This document shows, piece by piece, positions 37,129 to 47,184 of a DNA stretch of 64,000 bases. Source of the DNA: an uncultured Candidatus Actinomarina sp. (lineage in GTDB: Bacteria; Actinomycetota; Acidimicrobiia; Actinomarinales; Actinomarinaceae); NCBI GenBank assembly GCA_902613615.1, contig CACMHQ010000001.1:76567-140566 (forward strand), read 5' to 3'. The translations under genes were made by a program, and so were the position numbers. The notes below the pieces were generated by a model. The model ran no database searches. It saw nothing but the letters and a program-made list of their open reading frames with translations, and was not told the origin of the DNA. The stretch's first letter is position 1; every line of letters starts with the position of its first letter.

Positions 37129-38431
37129 CAGCCCACTCTTCTTCAGTAATTTGTGAATTAATATCAACATTTCTTAACAAGAGATATCCAATTACAAAAA
37201 ATAATGATATACCTGGTAAAGAAAGTCTTGGATTACCTGTTGAAGCACTGACATAGCTATAAATTAACGGACCCCAAATAGCTGAAAATCTTGAAATGAC
37301 TGAAAAGAATCCCATAAATTCACCCTCTGCACCTTTTGGTAACATTGATGCATAAACACTTCTACTTACTGACTGTAATCCTCCCATGCCTGTTCCAACT
37401 ACTACTCCCAAGAGTATGACTGGTAAAAGTTGCTGTTCTGGTACAAAATATGCCCCGTTACCTGCCACAAAGAAAAGTGCAATGGTGAAAATAAGTGTAT
37501 TTTTTTGTCCAATTCTCCCTGCAAGATAACCTGCTAACCTCGCACCAATAAAAGCGATGAATTGAACAACTAGATATACAACTATTATTGAAGTCTGATC
37601 TAGCAACAAAACTTCACTAAAAAATGGACCTGCCATATTAATTACTGTCTGGGCCCCATCCCAATAAAATATGTATGCAAGTAAGAAATAAAGTAAAAAT
37701 GGAAATTTTCTAACTTTTCTTAATGTATTTAAATTCGTTTTCCAACCAGCAGACAAATAATTTCTACCTACCGTATTATCAGATTTTGTTTCATCTATTT
37801 TCATCCTTGAAAAGCTAAATATTGAGAATAGTAACCACCATATTCCTGCAAAAGCTATTGCGATTCTAGATGCTAAAGAGGTATCAATTCCTAATAATGA
37901 AGGTCCAAGTTGAATTACAATCAAGGATAGTAAAAGTTGCAACCCTCCTCCTAAATATCCAAGTGCATATCCTTTTGCAGATACTTGGTCGATAGTATCT
38001 TCAGTTGTTATATCTTTTAAGACACTGTCATAGAATACGTTGGATCCTGTTGCACCCAGTTGTGCTAGAAAATATATTAAGAGTGTTAGAACAACATCAC
38101 CTGATTGTGCAAAATAGAATGTTGATGCAAATATAGCACCACCGTATGCAAAAGATTTAAATAACCTCATTCTTGAACCAGAAAGATCAGCCATTGCTCC
38201 AATTGTTGGCATAATTAAAAAGAAAATAAATAAAACTGAACCTATTGCAAATCCCCATACTTCGGCTCCAGTGTATAAATTACCTCTAAATAAAAATCCT
38301 TCTTCAGGTACTACGACACTGACAAAATAAACGGGCATAACAGCCCCAAGTGTTGTTGTTTCGTATGCAGATTTTGCCCAATCATACATTGACCAACCAA
38401 AAATAGTTTTTTTATTATTTTTTTCGGTCAT
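37121..38431 (-). CDS. MFS transporter (UMF1/Atg22-like)
   Basis: GWSMYDWAKSAY N-terminal box and a 12-TM pattern. Confidence 0.75.
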   Translation of the reverse strand: MTEKNNKKTIFGWSMYDWAKSAYETTTLGAVMPVYFVSVVVPEEGFLFRGNLYTGAEVWGFAIGSVLFIFFLIMPTIGAMADLSGSRMRLFKSFAYGGAIFASTFYFAQSGDVVLTLLIYFLAQLGATGSNVFYDSVLKDITTEDTIDQVSAKGYALGYLGGGLQLLLSLIVIQLGPSLLGIDTSLASRIAIAFAGIWWLLFSIFSFSRMKIDETKSDNTVGRNYLSAGWKTNLNTLRKVRKFPFLLYFLLAYIFYWDGAQTVINMAGPFFSEVLLLDQTSIIVVYLVVQFIAFIGARLAGYLAGRIGQKNTLIFTIALFFVAGNGAYFVPEQQLLPVILLGVVVGTGMGGLQSVSRSVYASMLPKGAEGEFMGFFSVISRFSAIWGPLIYSYVSASTGNPRLSLPGISLFFVIGYLLLRNVDINSQITEEEWAAS

Positions 38432-38544
38432 ATTTCTCCCTTATAAAAACTTTAATCAAATTATCTATTCCATGAGGGGTAGTTGTTAAAAATAAATAAA
38501 AAATTAAATTATGCATTCGATATGCTTTATCAAAGGACATATAT

Positions 38545-39636
38545 ATGGGATTTAAATGTGGAATTGTTGGTTTACCAAATGTTGGGAAATCAACTCTATT
38601 TAATGCTTTAACAGAAGCGGATATTGAATCAGAAAATTATCCCTTCTGTACAATTGAACCTAATGTTGGTGTAGTCCCTATCGCAGATGATCGTTTAGAT
38701 AAACTTTCAAATATTGTAAATCCCAAAAAAGTATTACCAACTGTAATGGAATTTGTTGATATTGCAGGATTAGTAAAAGGAGCCTCTCAAGGAGAAGGGC
38801 TTGGTAATCAATTTTTAGCAAATATTAGAGAAACTGAAGCAATTGTTCATGTTGTTAGAGCATTTGAGAATGAAGATATTGTACATGTTGCAGGTAAAGT
38901 TTCGCCCATTGATGATATTGAAGTTATAAATACAGAATTAGTTTTAGCAGATTTAGGTACAGTTGAAAAACTTTATCAAAAAGCATCTAAAAGTTCCAAG
39001 TCAGGAGAAAAAGAAGGCTTATTGCTAAAAAATTTGTTAGAAAAGATACTGCCAAATCTTGAAAATGGTCAAAACCTTAGATCATTAACTTTTTCTAATG
39101 AAGAACAAAAATTACTTAGAGGTTTTCAATTATTAACTACAAAGCCTGTCTTGTACGTTGCCAATGTAAGTGAAAATGGATTTAATGAAAATAAGTATCT
39201 CGAACAAGTTATTAATTTTGCCAAAACTGAAAATGCAAAAGTTGTGGCAATTTGTGCTGATATTGAGGAAGATATCTCGAAATTAGATATTTTAGAAAAA
39301 AAAGAATATTTAGAAGAAATGGGTCAAACCGAAACAGGATTAGACAAACTTGTTAAGGCAGGGTACGAACTTCTAGGGTTAAGAACTTTCTTTACCGCTG
39401 GACCAAAAGAAGTTAGAGCATGGACGATAAATATTGGTGATAAAGCACCTCAAGCAGCAGGGAAGATTCATGGCGATTTTGAAAAAGGATTTATACGTGC
39501 AGAAACAATTAGTTTTGAAGATTACATCTCAAACAATGGTGAAAAAGGGGCAAAAGAAGCTGGAAAATTGAGATCTGAAGGTAAAGAGTATATCGTACAA
39601 GACGGAGATGTTATGCATTTCCTGTTTAACAATTGA
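38545..39636 (+). CDS. ychF: Ribosome-binding ATPase YchF
   Basis: [29 protein letters not shown]-terminal TGS-like [17 protein letters not shown]. Confidence 0.95.
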   Translation: MGFKCGIVGLPNVGKSTLFNALTEADIESENYPFCTIEPNVGVVPIADDRLDKLSNIVNPKKVLPTVMEFVDIAGLVKGASQGEGLGNQFLANIRETEAIVHVVRAFENEDIVHVAGKVSPIDDIEVINTELVLADLGTVEKLYQKASKSSKSGEKEGLLLKNLLEKILPNLENGQNLRSLTFSNEEQKLLRGFQLLTTKPVLYVANVSENGFNENKYLEQVINFAKTENAKVVAICADIEEDISKLDILEKKEYLEEMGQTETGLDKLVKAGYELLGLRTFFTAGPKEVRAWTINIGDKAPQAAGKIHGDFEKGFIRAETISFEDYISNNGEKGAKEAGKLRSEGKEYIVQDGDVMHFLFNN

Positions 39637-39746
39637 TTAAGCTTTAAAATCTAATCATAAAAAACCCAAGTAAACATTAGGTATATTATGAATAAGTTTT
39701 TAAAAGTAGTCCTTTATCAAAATCAGATTTATAGCATAATAAGCAC

Positions 39747-41153
39747 GTGAAAGTAATAATCGTAGGCGCTCATGGTGAGGCACGCCAACTCATAAATAGA
39801 ATTAGCACAGGCTGGAATGTCTCTGTTATTGATATGGATCAAGAAAAGCTCAGGAATTTTAATCCAAATAGGCAAATAGAAAAATATCAAGGAGACGGGA
39901 CTTCAACCCTTGTTCTGAAAAAAGCAGGTATTGAAAATGCAAGCGCTTTAGTCACACTAACTAATGATGATGAAGTAAATTTGGAAATTTTAAAGATTGC
40001 AAAACAAAATAATATTTACAGGCTATCTTCAATAGTTAACGAAGATAAAAATTCTCAGCAATACAAAGATTTAGATGTTGAGGTTGTAGATCCCGACGTG
40101 TTAATAGGAAGAAGACTAGAACATATTCTTGAACCAAGAAGAGTAGTCTCCCAGGCATTTGCTGGAGGTAGAGCTGAGGCGATTGAGCTTGAAATTAATT
40201 CAGATAGCCCTGCTAGAGGAAAAAAACTAAAAGATATAGGTTCTGATTTTTTTATAGTTGGAGCACTGTTAAGAAAAGGAAATGTTGTCATTCCTCATGG
40301 TGATACTGAGCTTGAGACGGGTGATCTTGTAACAATAGTTTTACAGTCAGGAGCTTTCTCAAATGTTATAAATTTATTTTCTGGTTCTGAATCAAGATTT
40401 CCACTTGAGTTTGGTAAAAATGTTGCCGTATTCCTTAAGAATGAAGACGAATTAAAAAATCTATCTGAAGCAGAATATTTCATTAGAAATACAAAAGCAG
40501 ATAAATTAGAAATTTTAACCTCAGGTGATATATTTCCAGACCAAAAGGAAGACGAAACAGATACATATAAAGCGATTATGAAAGATCAAGATTTTGAACT
40601 ATATAATGTACAAAAATCTTTACTTAAAGAAATTGAGAGCAATAAAGATTCATTCTCTATAGGAACTATATTGATACCATTTGATGAAAAAGAAATTACA
40701 AAATCAAAATTAAAAACATATATTAATTTTTCAAATAAAAACAGTATTCCTTTGTTGTTTTCGAGATCTTCATTCCCATATAGAAAAATAGGAATACTTG
40801 TCAGTGATGATTTTAGTGATAATAGTCCTGTCAATGTAGCATTTGATTTAGCCTCAACTTTGTCTGCTGATGTTACAGCTTTAAACATATCTCAACCAAA
40901 GTTTCTTCAACCAGAACACACATCAGCTTCAAATAAAAACACTGAAAAAATTCAAGATTTAGCATTATCTAATGAAGTACAGTGTGAGATTGTCAATGCT
41001 GAAGGAAATGAAGCAAAAGTCTTTTCTTCTTTCACAGATAAAATTGATCTTTCAATTGTTAGTCAAACTAGTCAGTCCAATTGGCAAGGTAAAAAGATTG
41101 CAGAGTTTATTCTTCAGAATGCAAAATCTTCAGTTTTATATACACCTAATTGA
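39747..41153 (+). CDS. RCK (TrkA-N/TrkA-C) regulatory protein fused to two degenerate USP-like domains
   Basis: VIIVGAHGEARQL Rossmann start (GTG start codon) and TrkA-C-like GKKLKDIG...GDLVTIV. The C-terminal ~250 aa shows two repeats of the USP layout (IGILVSD...DLSIVSQ...SSVLY). Confidence 0.7.
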   Translation: MKVIIVGAHGEARQLINRISTGWNVSVIDMDQEKLRNFNPNRQIEKYQGDGTSTLVLKKAGIENASALVTLTNDDEVNLEILKIAKQNNIYRLSSIVNEDKNSQQYKDLDVEVVDPDVLIGRRLEHILEPRRVVSQAFAGGRAEAIELEINSDSPARGKKLKDIGSDFFIVGALLRKGNVVIPHGDTELETGDLVTIVLQSGAFSNVINLFSGSESRFPLEFGKNVAVFLKNEDELKNLSEAEYFIRNTKADKLEILTSGDIFPDQKEDETDTYKAIMKDQDFELYNVQKSLLKEIESNKDSFSIGTILIPFDEKEITKSKLKTYINFSNKNSIPLLFSRSSFPYRKIGILVSDDFSDNSPVNVAFDLASTLSADVTALNISQPKFLQPEHTSASNKNTEKIQDLALSNEVQCEIVNAEGNEAKVFSSFTDKIDLSIVSQTSQSNWQGKKIAEFILQNAKSSVLYTPN

Positions 41154-42307
41154 TGGAAAACTTTGACGCTTTATCTCTTGTAATTATTTCTTTAGGTGCT
41201 TTTTTATTGCCACTTATTGCACAAAGAATAAGCATTCCAAGTATTGTTTTAGAAATTGCATATGGAATACTAGTTGGGCCAGTTTTGGGAATAGTCAAGA
41301 TTTCAGAATTTATATCTGGGTTGGCAATATTTGGCTTTATGTTGTTAATGTTTTTGTCTGGGTTTGAAATAGAATTAGACACATTCAGAGAAAAAGGTTT
41401 GAAAACTTTATCCATACCTCTTGCAATCTATATTGCTACTGTTGCAGCATCTTTTTATTTGATAATTACTCTAGATTATCCAATATTTTTGGCACTTGTA
41501 CTTTGTACTACAAGTGTCGATATTGTTATAACTGTTTTGAGAAGCGATGATACGATCAAAACAAATTATGGTCAGTCACTTTTTATGTCTGCTTTGATAG
41601 CTGACATATTTACTTTAATTGGAGTAACAGTTTTTGCATCTTTACAACATTCTGAAGGATTTTCTATATCTAACTTAAATGTAATTTTGTATTTCTTAAT
41701 TGTAATTTTAATTCTTAGAATTATTCGAAGAGTTGCTTGGTGGAACCCACAAATATTTTCAAGAATGTTTGATGGTAATGACCCAGAGGAGATGGGCATT
41801 AGAAGTTCAATAGCTTTAATGCTGACTTTAGTTGGTGTAGCTGTGTTGTTCGATATTGAATATATCTTAGGCGCTTTTCTTGCAGGAACTTTATTTGCCT
41901 TTACTTTTCCAAATAGAGGAAGTTTAGAAAACAGCCTAAAAGGTTTTTCATATGGATTTCTCATTCCAATATTCTTTATAAATATTGGATTAAATTACGA
42001 TATTGAAGTTTTTAAAAATACAGAATTTTATATTCAGGTGTTGAGTCTTTTAGGAATTGCACTCATTGTTAAAATTGTGCCCTCACTATTTCTTATATTT
42101 ACAAAAATAAAATTTAGACAATTAGTTGCAGGCGGCTTTTTATTAGCTGCAAGATTTAGCTTAATTATTGCTATGGCTGAGATTGGTGTAGAACTTGAAC
42201 TTATTTCAAAAGCATTGGAGCAGCAGATTATATTGCTTGCTGTACTAACTGCAACAATTTCACCAATTTTCTATAGAATTTTTTCTCCTAAATCGACAGA
42301 GGCTTAA
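41150..42307 (+). CDS. Cation:proton antiporter (CPA2/Kef-like)
   Basis: About 11-12 TM, Na_H_exchanger-type pattern (GFMLLMFLSGFEIEL). ATGA overlap with the RCK gene. Confidence 0.8.
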   Translation: MMENFDALSLVIISLGAFLLPLIAQRISIPSIVLEIAYGILVGPVLGIVKISEFISGLAIFGFMLLMFLSGFEIELDTFREKGLKTLSIPLAIYIATVAASFYLIITLDYPIFLALVLCTTSVDIVITVLRSDDTIKTNYGQSLFMSALIADIFTLIGVTVFASLQHSEGFSISNLNVILYFLIVILILRIIRRVAWWNPQIFSRMFDGNDPEEMGIRSSIALMLTLVGVAVLFDIEYILGAFLAGTLFAFTFPNRGSLENSLKGFSYGFLIPIFFINIGLNYDIEVFKNTEFYIQVLSLLGIALIVKIVPSLFLIFTKIKFRQLVAGGFLLAARFSLIIAMAEIGVELELISKALEQQIILLAVLTATISPIFYRIFSPKSTEA

Positions 42308-42308
42308 A

Positions 42309-43220
42309 TTGAAACAGAGAATTGGTCTTTTCTTTAAAGGTGTTGCGATGGGGGCTGCAGATATTGTTCCAGGTGTATCAGGAGGAACTATTGCACTTAT
42401 CACAGGTATATATGAAGAACTTATTGAATCAATTAAAAATATTAATCTTTCTTTATTTCAGACATTATTAAAAGCTGGATTTAAAGATTTTTGGAAAAAA
42501 CTTAATGGTAATTTTCTTTTAACGATTTATCTTGGAATAACAGCAGCTGTCTTTTTATTAGCTAATTTGATTAGTTATTTACTTTCTAATCATGAATATA
42601 AGATTTGGGGATTATTTTTTGGATTAGTACTTGCATCAGCCTTTATGATCCTTAATCAAGTTGAAAAACTTACAAATAAAAATTTTGTTTATCTAGTTTT
42701 AGGGATAGTTGTTGCAGGACTTATTTCATTTCTTTCTCCAGCCTCAACTCCAGAAACACCTATTTTTATATTTTTATCAGGCTCTATAGCAATTACCGCA
42801 ACTATTCTCCCAGGAATAAGTGGTTCGTTTATATTGTTACTTCTTTCAAAGTATGAATTTATTATTAATGCAATTAAAAGTTTTGATTTACAAACTTTGT
42901 CGGTCTTTGCTTTTGGTTGTATCTTAGGCTTAATTATTTTTAGCAGGGTTTTATCATTTATGTTTGCAAATTTTAAGAATGAAATATTATCTCTACTTTC
43001 AGGATTTCTTATTGGCTCTCTTATCAAGATATGGCCATTTAGAAATGTTCTTGAATCAAGAGTAAACAGTGAAGGTGAATTGGAGGCGGTTGTAACAAGA
43101 CCCGAACTACCAAACGCTACTAATGTTGAAGAAATTATATTCTTTCTTGTTTTTACAATATTTGGATATGTAATAATTAATCTTTTACAAAAGAAATCTT
43201 TAGAAGATAATAAAGAATAG
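42309..43220 (+). CDS. DUF368-family membrane protein (PopT-like putative undecaprenyl-phosphate translocase)
   Basis: GAADIVPGVSGGTIALITGIYE and a second PGISGSFILLLL repeat, the hallmark of DUF368. TTG start. Confidence 0.8.
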   Translation: MKQRIGLFFKGVAMGAADIVPGVSGGTIALITGIYEELIESIKNINLSLFQTLLKAGFKDFWKKLNGNFLLTIYLGITAAVFLLANLISYLLSNHEYKIWGLFFGLVLASAFMILNQVEKLTNKNFVYLVLGIVVAGLISFLSPASTPETPIFIFLSGSIAITATILPGISGSFILLLLSKYEFIINAIKSFDLQTLSVFAFGCILGLIIFSRVLSFMFANFKNEILSLLSGFLIGSLIKIWPFRNVLESRVNSEGELEAVVTRPELPNATNVEEIIFFLVFTIFGYVIINLLQKKSLEDNKE

Positions 43221-43239
43221 TTTAAGTTAAAATTAAATT

Positions 43240-43377
43240 ATGAGATTAGGACTACCTGAATTACTTATAATTTTATCGATTTTATTGTTACTTTTTGGAG
43301 CAAAACGACTCCCAGGTTTGGCAAGATCCTTAGGTAAATCAACTAGAGAGTTTAAAACTGGTCTAGAAGAAGAATAA
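43240..43377 (+). CDS. tatA: Twin-arginine translocase TatA/E-family protein
   Basis: 45-aa ORF missing from the track (too short): MRLGLPELLIILSILLLLFGAKRLPGLARSLGKSTREFKTGLEEE. It has a TM helix, the FG hinge and an amphipathic helix, the canonical TatA layout. Confidence 0.8.
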   Translation: MRLGLPELLIILSILLLLFGAKRLPGLARSLGKSTREFKTGLEEE

Positions 43378-43379
43378 AT

Positions 43380-43667
43380 ATGAAAAAAGCAATCTTATTG
43401 TTTCTTTTTTTATTTATTGCATGTGGATCTCAAGAAACTGTAGAGCTCACAACTGGAAAAGAGATTTATACAGCTAGATGTTCTGCTTGCCACCAAGATG
43501 ATTTTTCAGGTAGAGTTGGTCCTAGTTTAAAAACAGCTTCAGTTCTTAATAAACCAGATACATATTGGCTTCAAACTATTTTAAAAGGTAAAGGTTCTAT
43601 GCCTGCAGTCCGAATAACAGAAGAGCAAGCTCAAATCGTAATTGATTACATAAGAGAATCAAATTAA
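43380..43667 (+). CDS. Monoheme c-type cytochrome, predicted lipoprotein
   Basis: Lipobox LFIAC, heme motif CSACH, distal Met in GKGSMPA. 95 aa. Confidence 0.8.
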   Translation: MKKAILLFLFLFIACGSQETVELTTGKEIYTARCSACHQDDFSGRVGPSLKTASVLNKPDTYWLQTILKGKGSMPAVRITEEQAQIVIDYIRESN

Positions 43668-45202
43668 TTTCTATTGTTAGATTTATTGATATATTTTAGG
43701 TCAGATATCACTGGGTTTAAAATATCCATATTTTCAATTCTCCATTTCCAGTTATTTTTAGTAGTCCCTGGTATATTAAACCGTGATTTGTAATCAAGTT
43801 GTAATAAATCTTGAACAGTTGTGATAGCAAGTTTACAAGGGGATTCCCATATCAATGAAATAAAATTCCAAATGTCACTTTCAAATTTATTATTTAATTT
43901 ATTTGAATATTCATTAAAATTTTTAATTTGAGATTTACTTGCTTCATTAAGCCATTGTTTAATTGTAGGACTATCGTGAGTTCCAGTGTAAGCAGCTAAA
44001 TTTTCTTCCCAATATTTTGGATGGATTTCTTCAAAATAATCATCTGATGCCTCTTCAAACAATTTATTTTGGTTCACTATATCAGTGTCACCTTGGAAAG
44101 GTAAACCTTCATTATCATCAGGAATTCTTTGTTGTAGAACTTTCATACCTGGAATATTGTATTTATTTAATAACGATTTGGTTTCTTTCAAAATAACACC
44201 CAAATCTTCAGCTAAAAGTTTATCTAGGTCAACATTCTTTGAAATTTTGTCAAAAAATTCACTTTTTGGTCCCTGTTTCCACTCACCTTTTAGGGCTGAA
44301 TCTCCTTTTTTAATTACCCAATATTTAAAGAATCCTACAAAATGATCTATTCGAAGATAATTGTAAAGATCTAAAGTTTTGTTTAATTTATCTGTCCAAT
44401 ATTTATAATTATCTAACTTTTGCCTATCCCATTGGTAGAGGCAATTATTCCAAACTTGCCCCTCCTTGTTAAAGCTATCTGGTACAGCACCTGATACATA
44501 TGACATTTCACCACCATTATCAAGTTCAAAAATTTCTTTATTTAACCAAACATCAGCAGAGTTATGATTTACATAAATTGGAATATCTCCAAGTATTTGA
44601 ATTTGTTTTTTATTCGCATATTCTCTTAATTTTCCCCACTGTCTAAAAAATTCAAATTGTGTAAATATATGAAATTTAAGGAGTTTTTTATCATTTTTTA
44701 TAATGTTCTCATAAAGATTGTCACTATATTTTTGGTGATCTTTTTCCCAACTTGTCCAAGTTTTTAAACCATATTTATCTCTCAAAACAAGGTAAGTTAT
44801 ATGGCTTCTGATTAATTCATCATTAAGTAATTCAAAGAATATAGGATCTTCAATATTTATATTTTGAGAAATTTCATAAAAAATTTTATCTTTGAATTTG
44901 TAAACATTTTTGAAATCAACTGATTTCTTATCAAATTCTTTAACTGATGATGTTGGTTGATAATCGCTAATATTATCCAGATCAATTAAATATCTATTAC
45001 CTAGCAATGATGAAGGGCTTGAATATGGTGAGTATTCGTCATTACTGGTGAGTCCTAGTGGAAGTAATTGCCAAATTTTTGTCTCCGTTGCTTCTAAAAA
45101 ATCTACAAATTCAAATGCTGAGTAGCCAAAGTCACCTATTCCATATTTGGATGGTAAAGCTGTGGGGTGCAAAATTAATCCAGATGATTTTTTAATATCC
45201 AA
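43664..45202 (-). CDS. malQ: 4-alpha-glucanotransferase (amylomaltase, GH77)
   Basis: N-terminal SGLILHPTALPSKYGIGDFG signature and the RIDHFVGF catalytic region. Confidence 0.9.
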   Translation of the reverse strand: MDIKKSSGLILHPTALPSKYGIGDFGYSAFEFVDFLEATETKIWQLLPLGLTSNDEYSPYSSPSSLLGNRYLIDLDNISDYQPTSSVKEFDKKSVDFKNVYKFKDKIFYEISQNINIEDPIFFELLNDELIRSHITYLVLRDKYGLKTWTSWEKDHQKYSDNLYENIIKNDKKLLKFHIFTQFEFFRQWGKLREYANKKQIQILGDIPIYVNHNSADVWLNKEIFELDNGGEMSYVSGAVPDSFNKEGQVWNNCLYQWDRQKLDNYKYWTDKLNKTLDLYNYLRIDHFVGFFKYWVIKKGDSALKGEWKQGPKSEFFDKISKNVDLDKLLAEDLGVILKETKSLLNKYNIPGMKVLQQRIPDDNEGLPFQGDTDIVNQNKLFEEASDDYFEEIHPKYWEENLAAYTGTHDSPTIKQWLNEASKSQIKNFNEYSNKLNNKFESDIWNFISLIWESPCKLAITTVQDLLQLDYKSRFNIPGTTKNNWKWRIENMDILNPVISDLKYINKSNNRN

Positions 45203-45255
45203 TTCAAACCTTTCATCTAAAGTATATAGTAAAATATTTATTCATATTACTTATT

Positions 45256-47184
45256 ATGGTTGAAAAGCACTCTGTAGAGTTTATTGATAAAGATGAAAAT
45301 CAAAAAATTGAATTTTTTGACGGTGATGCTCATTTGGGACATTATGACATCAAATTTGACTTTAATGACAAAAAGTTTTTTTCGATAGCTGATGATGGCA
45401 CAGCAAATATAAGAATTCATACTCAAATTGACATTGCAGAGGTATGGTTATTTTTAGAAGATCCCAACTTAAGACCAATGCAACTTAGATGTCTCGCTGA
45501 AACAGCAAGATATAAATTTTGGGAAATACAAGTAAAATTTAATTTAGAAAATGTGAAGTTTAGTTTTGGAGCAACAACAGACAAAAAACTAAATATTTAT
45601 TATGGTACGAGTGGAATTGCGAATTTTATTTCACCATCGGAAAAATGGTTTTATTCACAGGAAGATTTTAAAAGACATATAGTACCTGACTGGGTTTACG
45701 GCGGAGTGATGTATCAGATATTTCCTGAGAGGTTCAATTATTCAGATACAAACTCACTTTTTGAAGAAAAAGTTGAATGGGGTTCAACACCAAAAAGGCT
45801 TGAATTTCAAGGTGGTGATCTTTATGGAATTATTGACAAGCTAGACTATATAAAAAATCTAAATGTAAATATTTTATATCTTAATCCTATATTTTTATCA
45901 GGCAGTACACATAGATACGATACATGGGATCATTTTAAAGTTGACCCCAAACTTGGAGGGGAAAAAGCTTTGGAAAAATTAATAGATGAATTACATGCTA
46001 GAAATATGAAAATAATTTTTGATACATCATTAAATCATGTTCATCCAAAACATTTTGCTTTTCAAGACATAATTAAAAATGGTGAGAAATCAAAATACAA
46101 AGATTGGTTTACTATTTATGAATACCCTGTTCATTTAAAGTACAGACCACATTTGTATGAAAATACTTATAAAGTCGGCTGGGACGGTAATGAGAAAGAG
46201 TATAAAAAATATCTAGAAAAGACTTTTTTAGAAACTCAAATTCCTGTGAAAAATATTGATGATGATGGACCTATAGTTGAACCTTCATATAAATCATGGT
46301 GGGGTGTTCCTGATATGCCAAAAATCAATTACTTATGTGAAGATGCAAGAAAATGGGCCTTAGATGTAACAGCATTTTGGATTGATAAGTTTAATATTGA
46401 TGGATGGAGAATGGATGTTGCTAAAGAGATAGATTTATTGTTTTGGAAAGATTTCAGAAAAACAGCAAAAGATAGTAATCAAAATGTTCTCTTATTTTCC
46501 GAAATCTTTGGTGATACATCTCAATGGCTTCAAGGTGATATGTTCGATGGAACTATGAATTATTCATTTAGAGAATCAATGGTTGATTACTTTGCGACTA
46601 AAAGAATGAGTATTTCAGAATTTTCAGATTCTTTAGCAAATTTATATTTTATGTATTCTTTTAAAGCATTATCATCATGTCAAAATCTTTTAAGTTCACA
46701 TGATGTAAAAAGATTTTTGAATAGATGTTCCGATGTTTCATCAATTTATGGACCAATATTTATGCAAGCTACCTTTCCTGGTATTGCGGGAATTTATTAT
46801 GGTGATGAAATTGGGTTACATGGTGGAAACGAACCAAATAACAGAGAAGCTTTTCCATGGAATGATGAGAGTACTTGGGATTTAAATTTACAAAATTATA
46901 TTCGAGAAATTATGGATATTAAATCTTCAAATAATATTTTGAAATATGGAAATTTTCAACTCTTACCAAATCAAAATGATGCGATAGTCTTTCGACGTAC
47001 CTTAAGAGATAAATCACTTTTGTGTATATTCAACAGATCTGAACATCAAAAAAATATTAAAATTCCAAGCACAGCACACAGTATCGACCAAATTTTTGGA
47101 AACTCAGATATTCAATTAGTTGATGGAAATATTCTTATTTCAGAATTGCAAAAAAACACTGGCTTAATTATTTTTGAAAATTAA
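45256..47184 (+). CDS. GH13 alpha-amylase-family enzyme (neopullulanase/cyclomaltodextrinase-like)
   Basis: GH13 regions DTSLNHV, DGWRMDVAKE, FSEIFG, LLSSHDVKR. Confidence 0.85.
   Translation: MVEKHSVEFIDKDENQKIEFFDGDAHLGHYDIKFDFNDKKFFSIADDGTANIRIHTQIDIAEVWLFLEDPNLRPMQLRCLAETARYKFWEIQVKFNLENVKFSFGATTDKKLNIYYGTSGIANFISPSEKWFYSQEDFKRHIVPDWVYGGVMYQIFPERFNYSDTNSLFEEKVEWGSTPKRLEFQGGDLYGIIDKLDYIKNLNVNILYLNPIFLSGSTHRYDTWDHFKVDPKLGGEKALEKLIDELHARNMKIIFDTSLNHVHPKHFAFQDIIKNGEKSKYKDWFTIYEYPVHLKYRPHLYENTYKVGWDGNEKEYKKYLEKTFLETQIPVKNIDDDGPIVEPSYKSWWGVPDMPKINYLCEDARKWALDVTAFWIDKFNIDGWRMDVAKEIDLLFWKDFRKTAKDSNQNVLLFSEIFGDTSQWLQGDMFDGTMNYSFRESMVDYFATKRMSISEFSDSLANLYFMYSFKALSSCQNLLSSHDVKRFLNRCSDVSSIYGPIFMQATFPGIAGIYYGDEIGLHGGNEPNNREAFPWNDESTWDLNLQNYIREIMDIKSSNNILKYGNFQLLPNQNDAIVFRRTLRDKSLLCIFNRSEHQKNIKIPSTAHSIDQIFGNSDIQLVDGNILISELQKNTGLIIFEN

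Noticed and set aside
41146-41964. Minus-strand ORFs 41146-41415 and 41572-41964
   Set aside because: They are antisense to the CPA2 antiporter, whose TM pattern is convincing. They have no start context.
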